Of a stretch of 58,762 nt of DNA, positions 25,121-35,920 are shown piece after piece. The notes under the pieces are model-generated. The model saw nothing but the letters and a program-made list of their open reading frames with translations, had not been told where the DNA came from and did no database searches. Numbering within the stretch: the stretch's first letter is position 1; every line of letters begins with the position of its first letter. Source of the stretch: Chiloscyllium plagiosum (Eukaryota); contig NC_057718.1 of NCBI RefSeq assembly GCF_004010195.1, positions 105,750,283 through 105,809,044 on the forward strand, given 5' to 3'. A program made the translations under genes and the position numbers.

Positions 25121-25440
25121 ATTAGATTAGATTAAATTACTTAGTGTGGAAATAGGCCCTTCGGCCCAACAAGTCCACACCGACCCTCTGAAGAGCAACC
25201 CACCCAGACCCATTTCCCTACATTTACCCCTTCACCTAACACTACGGGCAATTTAGCATGGCCAATTCACCTAAGCTGCACATCTTTGGACTGTGGGAGG
25301 AAACCGGAGCACCCGGAGGACACCCACGCAGACACGGGGAGAACGTGCAAACTCCACACAGACAGTTGCCCGAGGTGGGCATTGAACAGTGTCTGGCGCT
25401 GTGAGGCAACAGTGCTAACCACTGTGCCACCGTGCCGCCC
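25121..25440 (-). mobile_element. HE1-type V-SINE, full length
   Basis: tRNA head GGGCGGCACGGTGGCACAGTGGTTAGC, V-domain GGAGTTTGCACGTTCTCCCCGTGTCTGCGTGGG, CR1-like tail ending (TCTAA)n. Confidence 0.92.
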
Positions 25441-26407
25441 ATGTTTTCCTTTCAGAAAGTTGACAGAGCTAAATACCTCAATGATACACCAAAAGCTCAC
25501 TTTCTTTTTGAGACCAGGATGCAAAATACCACTGAAATTTCTGGAAATATTATGCCACAAAAGGTCACAATGTGCAAAATGTAGTCTCACAATGTTTTAT
25601 GATTAAAACCATTGTTATCTGCTGCAGAAATATATCATGGACATAGTTTAACAGAAAAGAATAAGGAAAGGCCTCGTCTGTTACACCTGTTCGCTCCAAA
25701 GATATGTGACATATTTTATCAAACTCATTCAATCTCCCAGAGAAACAATTACAAAATTACAAAATTTAAATCAAACAGAATATTCAGCTAATTTTCAATA
25801 GCTTGCACCATTATACATAGCACCCTTAACATTGGAAATAACACCATTTATCAGTGAATAATTGCCTTTCCTAGTATGACATTTTAAGATCTTTACAGCT
25901 TTCTTTCTCAATTCCATTCTCAGCCACACAGTCATACATGGGAAGATACAGCCTACAGGTCTTGTAATCCATTATGCTACACATAGCACCACCAGACAGC
26001 AATGCCACAGCATCCTGAGCTCATGGCTCACTTGACTGCAGATATCTCACAATGATTAGAGAAAATAATAGCTCAAATGGCAATTGCTAAGAGATAAGGA
26101 ACTTTGAACTGCTCAAATGAGATTTTGTGGATACACCACTGATAACTGAAGTATTCCAATTTACCACTTTCCTTGATACTGCCTTGACTGGTGAAATGTA
26201 GAGAAGTTCACTGTCAAGTATACATTCAATTAGTAATAAAACTACCTGAATTGAAGACAACACTTATGACTTTAATAAAAATAATTTGGATAGATTTAGG
26301 AACTCTTGTGCATAATCATCATAAAACACAGGTGCGCACATAGGTCATTCAGCCCATAAGTCAATCTTGATCAGATGGGACAACGGGCTGAGGAGTGGAA
26401 GATGGAG

Positions 26408-26963
26408 GTTAAAAACAATGACTGCAGATGCTGGAAACCAGATTTTGGATCAGTGGTGCTGGAAGAGCACAGCAGTTCAGGCAGCATCCGAGGAGCAGCG
26501 AAATCGACGTTTTGGACAAAAGTCCTTCATCAGGAATAAAGGCAGAGAGCCTGAAGCATGGAGAGATAAGCTAGAGGAGGGGGGGGGTGGGGAGAAAGTA
26601 ACATAGAGTACAATAGGTGAGTGGGGGAGGGGATGAAGGTGATAGGTCAGGGAGGAGAGGGTGGAGTGGATAGGTGGAAAAGAAGATAGGCAGGTAGGAC
26701 AGGTCCGCTGCCTATCTTCTTTTCCACCTATCCACTCCACCCTCTCCTCCCTGACCTATCACCTTCATCCCCTCCCCCACTCACCTACTGTACTCTATAC
26801 TACTTTCTCCCCACCCCCACCCTCCTCTAGCTTATCTCTCCACGATTCAGGCTCTCTGCCTTTATTCCTGATGAAGGGCTTTTTCCCGAAACGTCGAATT
26901 TGCTGCTCCTCGGATGCTGCCTGAACTGCTGTGCTCTTCCAGCACCACTGATCCAAAAACAAA
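26408..26963. mobile_element. 556-bp foldback (palindromic) PLE derivative, family B, with 15-bp TSD
   Basis: 251-bp inverted arms at 26443-26693 and 26708-26958, 14-nt spacer, 35-nt tail on the left arm only. TSD gagtggaagatggag at 26393-26407 and 26964-26978. Confidence 0.92.
26864..26899 (+). ncRNA. Minimal type I hammerhead ribozyme motif (intact)
   Basis: AUUC-CUGAUGA-A-GGG cuuuuu CCC-GAAA-CGUC^GAAU: stem I AUUC/GAAU, palindromic ACGU stem III, predicted cleavage after 26895. Confidence 0.85.
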
Positions 26964-27779
26964 GAGTGGAAGATGGAGTTTAATTGAGATTAATGTGAGG
27001 TGCTGCATTTTGGAAAGGCAAATCACAGCAGGACTTATACACTTAATGGTAAGGTTCTAGGGAGTGTTGCTGAACAAAGAGACCTAGGAAAGCAGGTTCA
27101 TAGCTCCTTGAAAGTGGAATTGCAAGTAAATAGGATAATGAAGACTGTGTTTGGTATGCTTTCCTTTATTGATCAAAGTATTGAGTATAGGAGTTGGGAC
27201 TGTACAGATCATTGGTTAGGCCACTTTTGGAATACTGTGTGCAATTCTAGTGTCCCCTCTATCGGAAGGATTTTTGTGAAACTTGAAAGGGTTCAGAGAA
27301 GATTTACAAGGATGTTGCCAGGGTTGGAAGATTTGTGCTGTAGGGAGATGCTGAATAAGGCCTGGGCTATTTTCCCTGTAGCATCGGAGGCTGAGAGGTA
27401 ACCTTTATAGAGGTTTATAAACTCAGGAGGGACATGGATAGGGTAAATAGACAAGGTCTTTTCTCTGGGATGGTGGAGTCCAGAACTAGAGGGCATAGAT
27501 TTAGGGTGAGAGGGGAAAAATTTAGAAGGGACCTAAGGGGCAACTTTTCCATGCAGAGGGTGGTGTATGTATGAAATGAGCAGCCAGAGGAAGTGGTGGA
27601 GGCTGGTACAATTGCAACATTTAAAAGGCATCTGGATGGGTCTATGAGTAGGAAGGGTTTAACGGGATATGGGTCAAGTGCTGGCAAATGGCACTAGATT
27701 AGGTTAGGATATCAGGTCAGCATAATTGAGTTAGACCAAAGGGTCGTTTCCAAGCTGTACATCTCTAGGACTCTGAGTC

Positions 27780-28545
27780 GGCTCCATCATTCAATTAGAT
27801 CACGGATGATCCAATAATCCTCTACCCTAGTTTCCTTCCTTTTCCTCATAACCTTTAATTCCCTCCCTTGCTAATTAAAAATCTCAGTTTTGAATATACT
27901 TAACGATCCAGCCTCGACAGCTTTCTGCAGTGAAGAACTCTACAGATTTGCTACCCTCTGACAGAAGAAATTACTCTTCATCTCTATCTTAAATGGGGGC
28001 TCACTTATTCTGAGAGGATGCTACCTGGTCTAGCCTCTCCCACAAGAGGAAAATACCTCTCCATAACTACCCTGACAAGCCCCCAAAAAATCTCATACAT
28101 CAATAAGATCTCTCGTACTCATTGGAGTTGAAGAGAATAAGTCTAGCCTACTCAACCTCATCTCGTAAAAGGAATCCCTCCATAGCTAGAAGCAACCTAG
28201 TGAATTTTCTCTGGACTGCCTTCAATGTCAGCATATCTTTCCTTAGCTAAGGGCCCAAAACTGCTCACAGTATTCTAGCTGTGGTCTGACTGCAATCTTG
28301 TAATAGTCTTAGAAAAACTTCCCTATTGTTTGAAACGAAAGCCAACATTTCATTTGCCTTCCATATTACCCATTGAACTTGGATTCTAGCCTTTTATGAT
28401 TCATGCACAAGGACCTCATATTCCTGTAGCTTTTTGTTGTCTTTCTCCATTTAAATAGTATTAAGCTCTTCTATTGATCTTATCAAATTGCATTCCCTCA
28501 CATTTTTCCGCAATATAATCCAAGCTTTTGCTCAATCACTTAAAC
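27780..28545 (-). mobile_element. Old CR1 3' portion
   Basis: Decayed 3' UTR and ccaaaactgctcacagtattctag (reverse complement reads LEYCEQFW). Confidence 0.7.
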
Positions 28546-30041
28546 ATTTTAGCACCTGTTGTGCAAAAAAATCAGTGTGGTCAAGGAAAGTATTAAGACT
28601 ACAACAATTGAAATTAATTGGAAGATGCTTACATTTCTTAGAAAGGGAATGAAAAACAGAAAAAAAACCATGGTGATTTTTGTCTTCTAATATCCATAAT
28701 TTGAGAGATGTTGTTGTTAAAAAGGAGCAGAACTACAACCATTGATGTATTTGGCTCTTATTCAGATAGTTGAGTTCCCAGTGACACCAAAAGTATCCTT
28801 TGGTCCTTAGGCTAGGGATTTGTTCTGAAGACTGATCTAATTCTGCCTTGCACTCAGTGGATGGTGCCTGACCTTCCACTTTGCATAGTGGTATTGTTAG
28901 GATCAGAAACATATCGATAATTTCTGCATGAATTCATAATATAGAATGGCATATCATGTGACCCCCTCATTCCTACTCGCTTCATTCTTACTCAATATAA
29001 AATGGACACACTCAACAATGGCTTAGTAAGCAAATGGGTCCACATGTCCTCGGAGTGAGAATGGCAGAGCAATGAGATTCTCAAGCTCATGGCCTGTTTG
29101 TGCCTAGTCAGTTGAAATCATTGAGGCCATCCATTGAGGCATAATTAACCTCAGTATTTTTGACAAAGGAGTAAAATTCGGTCAAGGTTCTCACAGCTTT
29201 TGGAAGCTCTGCTTTCTAACTGTAAATCCATCTCACCACCTCTACCCTTACCTTTCTCCAGTCAAATAACCCAGCTATACTGTCAGACATAATGACAAAT
29301 AAAAATGGCTTTAAATAAGATATGGGTGTTATACCTTTAAATAAACCATAAGAAGAAATTTGGCAGAATCAAAGTTAAATTCACTTCAATTTTACTGTAA
29401 AGTACATAATTGTTGGAAATATTTTAAGCCCATCCACAATCAATGCTTTAATATCCAAATATTTGTGCAGCAACATTTAGATATTTCTTTCATTGGGTAT
29501 TTATCAAATCCTTTTAAACAGGACAAGAAAAATAGCTTCATGTAACATTATTCTCAAGTTCTGCCAATCTAAACAAAAGATAATTCACTAGAATAGTTTT
29601 GGTTTAATTTTTTTCATAATTTTAACCCTACATGAGGAATGTTTTCCGTTCCTTTCTTCTTCACAACTTGGCCATTCAAATCTGACACATCATCAGAAAT
29701 TCCTCACAGATGACATGATTCTTTAGGGAAAAATAACATATTGAATGAGTTATTCATAAATATTGAGATTTGCCCAGTGAATGATTTATGAAATTAAAAC
29801 AATTATTAATTATCACAAAGCTGTTATGTAAATCAAACATTAAAAAGAAAGAAAATAATCTGAAAAAGAACTTTGCTTCCCACTGTTGCAACAAGCTATT
29901 TTTAAGGGAAGGTAGAAGTGATGTCAGATTGACTAGCAGACAAAATTTGGCAGTGTCAATTTACTTAAGAATTTTCTTTCTACTCGTTAGTCTATCTTGA
30001 CACAAAATGATTTGCAAAGGATCAGATACTACCATGATAGT

Positions 30042-32060
30042 TCACCATGGTAAACTAATAGAGAAAGTGAAGTCGCATGGTGTGCAGAGTGGATAAAGAA
30101 CTCCAAGTCTGAGCCGATCCAAATCTACTGTCTAAACCTGTCGCCCAATTCCTAAGGATCTGTATCCCTCTGCTCCCCACCTACTCATGCATCTGTCCAG
30201 ATGCATCTTAAATGAACCTGCCGTGCCTGCCTCTACTACCTCTGCTGGCAACGCGTTCCAGACCCCACCAGCCTCTGTGTGAAGTACTTGCCGCGTGTAT
30301 CCCCCTTAAACTTTTCCCCTCTCACATTGAAAGCGTGACCTCTCGTTACTGAATTCTTCACCCTGGGAAAAAGCTCATCTCTACCACCCTTCTATGCCCT
30401 TCATGATTTTGTAAACCTCCAATCAGGTCCCCCCTCAATCTCCTTTTTTCTAATGGAAACAAACCTAACCTACTCAACCTCTCTTCATAGCTAGCACCTT
30501 CCATACCAGGCAATATCCTTGTAAACCTCTGCACCCTCTCCAAAGTGTACACCCAGAACTGTACACAGTATTCTAAATGTGGCCAAACCAATGTCTTGTA
30601 TAATTTTAAGATGACCTGCCAGCTCTTATACTTAATACCCCGTCCAATGAAGGCGAGCATACCATATGCCTTCTTGACCACTCTATCCACCTGTGCAGCC
30701 ACCTTCAGGGTACAATGGACCTGCACTCCCAGATCTCTGTGCCCATCAACTTTTCTCAAGGCTCTTCCGTTCACTGTATAATTCGCTCTATAATTAGTCT
30801 TGCCTAAACGCATCACCTCACATTTGTCTGGATTGAACTCCATCTGCCACTTCTCTACCTAACTCCCCAGTCTATCTATATTCTGCTGTATACTTTGACA
30901 GTCCCTTATGGTTTCTGCTACTCCACCAATCTTAGTGTAATCTGCAAACTTGCTGCTCTTCCAGATCATTTATGTATATCACAAACAACAGTGGCCCCAA
31001 TACTGATCCCTGTGGAACACCACTGGTCACCTTTCTCCATTTCGAGAAACTCCCTTCAACTACTACTACTACTACTACTGTCTCCTGTTGCTCAACCAGT
31101 TCTTTATCCACCTAGCTAGAACACCCTGCACACTATGTGACTTCACTTTCTCTATTAGTTTACCATGGGGAACCTTATCAAACACCTTACTAAAGTCCAT
31201 GTATATGACATCAACAGCCCTTCCTTCATCTATCAACTTGGTCACTTCCTCCTCTACCACCCTTCTATGCCCTTCATGATTTTGTAAACCTCCAATCAGG
31301 TCCCCCCTCAATCTCCTTTTTTCTAATGGAAACAAACCTAACCTACTCAACCTCTCTTCATAGCTAGCACCTTCCACACCAGGCAACATCCTCGTAAACC
31401 TCTGCACCCTCTCCAAGGCATCCACATCCTTTTGGTAATGTGGCGACCAGAACTGTATACAGTATTCTAAAAGTGGCCGCACCAACATTGTGTACAATTT
31501 AACATGACCTGCCAGCTCTTATACTCAATACCCTGTCCGATAAAGGCAAGCATACTGTATGCCTTCTTGACCACTCTATCCACCTGTGCAGCAACCTTCA
31601 GGGTACAATGGACCTGCACTCCCAGATCTCTCTGCTCATCAACTTTTCCCAAGGTTCTTCCGTTCATTGTATAATTCGCTCTAGAATTAGACTTCCCAAA
31701 ATGCATCACCTCACATTTGCCTGGATTGAACTCCAACTGCCACTTCTCTGCCCAACTCTCCAGTCTATTTATATCCTCTGTTTTCTTTGACAGTCCCTTA
31801 TGCTTTCTGCTACTCCACCAATCTTAATGTCATCTGCAAACTTGCTGATCATACCAACAGTGCCCTGTTCCAGATCATTTATATATATCTCAAACAACAG
31901 TGGCCCCAGCACTGATCCCTGTGGAACACTACTGGTCACCTTTCTCCATTTCAAGAAACTCCCTTCAACTACTACTCTGTCTCCTGTTGCTCAACTAGTT
32001 CTTTATCCACCTAGCTAGAACACCCTGCACACCATGCAACTTCACTTTCTCTGTTAGTTT
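30042..32060 (-). mobile_element. Rearranged CR1: internal tandem duplication plus short inverted segment
   Basis: ~30380-31250 is repeated at ~31252-32060; 30042-30101 is an inverted copy of the LIEKVKSH region. Confidence 0.88.
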
Positions 32061-32742
32061 AGATTATTAGTAATCCTATCAAGTTTATAATGAAATATTA
32101 CACACTATGAAGTACCAAGAAATGCAACTCACAAGATGCTCATCAGCACTTTACAACTAAAATTAAAGATTGTATAAAGGACTGTATTGCAGCTGTAACT
32201 ACAGACTGAGCAACACAAACCTGATGAAAGTTTCATATCTTGAATTGCTTGTTATTGAGCTATAAAGCCAGTTTCTTAACTAAAATGTGGATAATTTAGC
32301 AAAGCTCTTTTTTGATGAATAAACTTATAATAGCAGAGAAACCCCTTTTAAACTGTTATCACTTAAGAAACCAAAATGTACCACTTCAAATTAATCTTAA
32401 AGAATCAGTGAGTTGATGTCCTGGTGTGCAAAAAATGGTCAAGTTACAAAGTACATCTTCAAAGCAAAGTGGAGGCTGCAGTTTCAATCCAAAGTCATAC
32501 AGAGCAAGAGAAATATAGGGCAAGTTAGCAACATGAAGCTGGTGCACTGTACTCTGTTGCCACTACTGTATCAATTTTGGAAATAATAGGATCAGTCATT
32601 AATTGAACATATGCATGACACTCAGCAACTGACATTTTGTTTTTGAAGAAGTGCAAAACTATGGCACCCATATCCAAATGGTTTATTATTAGATATTCTG
32701 CAAAAATTATATATTTGAAGCAATTATGCCTGTTGCACCTGA

Positions 32743-33400
32743 CATAAGAACATAGTTATAGAAGTAGGCCATTCAACCCTTGGAACCTATCCTACTATTC
32801 ATTGAGATCAGGGATGATTTATGACTTGACTCTGGATACCACTTTTTGCCCCATTTTCTTTAGTAATAACATTTGTTTAAATCTAGATTTGAAATTAACT
32901 TTTGATCTAGCATTAATTGCTGTTTATAGAAGACAGCTTCAAATTTCTATCGTGCTTATATGTAGAAGTGTTTTTTAACTTCACTCCTGAAAAGGTCTGG
33001 CTCTACTTTGTAGGTTTATTCCCTAATCCTAGATGTCCAAGCCAACAATAATAGTTTCTCTCTGCTACACTATTAGTTTTTGTTATCTTAAAACTTTGAT
33101 AAAACCACGACTTAACCTTTTAAATTTCAGGCTACAACTCTGATTTGCCTAACCTTGCCATGTAATTTAACTCTTGGAATTCAGGTATCATTCTCGTAAA
33201 TTTCATTTCTCCAAGACCAACTAATCCTATGATGTGATGACCAGAAATGAACATAGTAATCAAGATATGGTCTAACTAGGGCTTTGTATAACTGTAGCGT
33301 GGCTTCTAATTATGATTGCTCTAGAAGGCAAAAGTTCCATTAGGCTCTTTGATGATCTTCTCTGCCTATCAATAAACTTTTTATGATCTATGTTCATAAA
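32743..33400 (-). mobile_element. Old CR1 3' portion
   Basis: cataagaacatagttatagaagtaggccattc tail pattern; heavily decayed. Confidence 0.6.
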
Positions 33401-33892
33401 CTCTTAAGTCATTTGCCAATCATATGGTTCAATAATTTCCTAATATACCAAATCAGGAATTCAATCTAAATAACAGAATTACATTGGCTGGGTAAGTTAA
33501 CTCTATGTTTAATGAAAAGAAACGAGTTACGGTAAATTGTTTATACCAAAGGACAAACATACCCAACATTAACTACAACAGCACTGAAAAGCTACAGTAT
33601 TCCTTTTTTCAGTAAAATAAAACCATTATCATTTTTAATCTGACCATGTGGAACATAAACAGTTAACTATCCATGACTACCTACTACAGAATTCTCAGAG
33701 GAAAAAAAGCATGAAAACAGCAAACATGGAATTGTACATCAACATGAACCCCAAGGTTGATTTCTGTGCACCAGTGAACACCTTTCTCTCCAAGTGTGTC
33801 TTCAAAACATACTAATAATGACAGACATAACAGAATCAAACATCTACGAGAACACCCAAATACTACTGCCATAAAAAGGATTGAGTTATTTT

Positions 33893-34233
33893 TTAGAATT
33901 CCTACAGTGTGGAAACAGGCCCTTCAGTGCAACAAGTCCACACAGATCCTCCGAAGAACAACCCAACCAGACCCATTCCGCTACCTTGTTATCCTATATT
34001 TACCCCTGACTAATGCACCCAATCTACCAATTCCTGAATAATATGGGCAATTTAGCATGGCCAATTCATCTAACCTGCAAATCTTTGGATTGTGGGAGGA
34101 AACTGGAGCACCCAAAGGAAACCCACGTAAGCTTGGGGAGAATGTGCAAACTCTACACAGACAGTCACGCGAGGCTATAATCGAACCTGGGTTCCTGGCA
34201 CTGTGAGGCAGCAGTGCTAACCACTGAGCCACT
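33893..34233 (-). mobile_element. HE1-type V-SINE
   Basis: tRNA head, V-domain and CR1-like tail as at 25121. Confidence 0.9.
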
Positions 34234-34374
34234 ATACTGAACAGGTGCTTTTGCTGAACATTTTGGGGTGAATGGTGACACCAAGAACATGAATGCCTCA
34301 TCAGTAAATTGTTTTTATAACCATAAACAATCTTAAGGTATATCTTTCTGAATTTGACAGTAAATATATCAAAC

Positions 34375-34514
34375 CTGTAATTTTTGCTGTCTTCTCCTCT
34401 TGATTCACTCGGTTTTCATCATCTTCCTCATTTTCTTCCTCAAAGTCATCTAAGTTTCCAATATCAGCTTGTTTCATACTCATCAGACTAGCCAGACTTT
34501 GCATATCCTCATCC
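34375..34514 (-). CDS. EHBP1: EHBP1 internal exon (140 nt)
   Basis: gagcag|G GAT GAG GAT ATG...ATT ACA G|gtttga. Encodes (T)DEDMQSLASLMSMKQADIGNLDDFEEENEEDDENRVNQEEKTAKIT. Phase 2 to 1, in frame with the neighbouring exons. Confidence 0.97.
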
Positions 34515-35445
34515 CTGCTCATCAGAAACATAACTAGTCAAAAACCTCATGCACATAATTCACAATTTTTTTTTTAAAAGCAATTCATCAGGCAAGGAGT
34601 TGAGACTATTGCTGAGAATCCCAAATGTCTTAGAGAATATGTCCAGTGAATAGTTACAATTACAGCCCAAGCACTTCCCAAGTTTGGTGAGTGAAGTAAG
34701 TTAAATAACAGAGATCAATTGGGATGCTACAATGGGAAGCATAGTCAGCGTCCACATGTTAGCAAGATGAAAACCAAAAAAGGTTAATTTATTTAATAAT
34801 GACTGATGTCACACACAAGCCAAAACAGGTCTGAATGAGATGGTTTACTGGCCACTCTCATGTGAATTCTTTTCTTTATAATTTCATAGGGCAGGAAACA
34901 GTGCCTACAGTGACCCCACGTCCCATGAACGAATAAATAAATTATCCTGAACAGAAAAATTTGGAAATAAAACTGGCTCCATGATCCAACAAGCAGGAAG
35001 TGATCGATATGCACAGATAATTTGATAAATAAGAATACTAGAACCAATGCTTTTATATAAAAAGGTATGCTACTGTCAGATGCTAATCGCTACTTGATTT
35101 TATTTGGAATAATACACTGTTTTATATTGCATTTTAATGCAAATATGATCTAATTATCTAAAACAAATCAATAATTTATTGAAGTTTGGTCTGCACTGTA
35201 GATGATGCTCTTCACTTCAAAAGAAGGAAACATTACAAATACTAATATCTCATTTTAAATTAAAATTTTAAATAACTTTATATTCACAGAAACGGTCTTA
35301 AGAAGGCATTTTATGCTTTCTTGGCTGATATTGATAGGTTAATTAATTTAATTTTCATTTGTCTATAGATGAAAAGTATCCATATTCAACATAATTCCAA
35401 AATCAACAAGAAAAATACATGTTTCTTACTAAACAAAAAAAAAAT

Positions 35446-35575
35446 CAAAGAACTGCAGATGCTGGAAATCAGAAACAAGATCAAAAATTGTTGGAAAAAC
35501 TGAGCTGGTCCAGTAGCATCCGTGGAGAGAAAGCAAAATTAACATTTCAGATTCAGTGACCCTTCATCAGAACCC
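35446..35575 (-). mobile_element. Older PLE pLTR fragment (family C) with degenerate HHR
   Basis: aactgcagatgctggaaatc terminus; reverse complement CTGATGAAGGGTCACTGAATCTGAAATGTTA. Confidence 0.65.
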
Positions 35576-35738
35576 AACAAAATGTTTCTGGTTGAAGGCT
35601 TTTAGATTTCATAGCTAGCAATCTCAAAAATACTTTTAGGCCCCTGTATTGCCATCTGACAAGGTATGAAGAAAAGATTGAGGTTAAAATACAACTGAAG
35701 CATTTGGGCAATGTTCATTCAAGTTCAAAGAAACTTAC

Positions 35739-35920
35739 GTTGCTTTGCCTTCTCTCAAGAAAATGCATGATAAAGAAAACTGCAATGTGGCAGCAACAAT
35801 TTTTTTAGACAAAGGCTTGAATTTCAGCTTTACATCAGTCTGTGTAGGCATCGGACTTGCATACTGTTTCATGTTAATGCTACTGGTGGCAAGAGCTTTT
35901 CTACGGCCTGAAGGTGACTC
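35739..35920 (-). CDS. EHBP1: EHBP1 internal exon (182 nt), C-terminal part of the NT-C2 domain
   Basis: Minus strand reads tctttccag|GAGTCACCT...GGCAAAGCAAC|gtaagt. Translation ESPSGRRKALATSSINMKQYASPMPTQTDVKLKFKPLSKKIVAATLQFSLSCIFLREGKAT is nearly identical to vertebrate EHBP1 as recalled. Phase 0 to 2. Confidence 0.97.

Larger units (their letters stand above)
26364..27778 (+). mobile_element. CR1 LINE 3' portion, interrupted at 26408-26963
   Basis: DQMGQRAEEWKME...[25 protein letters not shown] and 3' UTR. Confidence 0.9.

Noticed and set aside
25370..25440. tRNA genes at SINE heads (also 5090-5156, 34170-34233, 58260-58319)
   Set aside because: A/B boxes are present but run directly into the V-SINE body; these are SINE heads.
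26477..26924. Two near-identical 87-aa ORFs on opposite strands
   Set aside because: They are a by-product of the palindrome; the sequence is non-coding pLTR.
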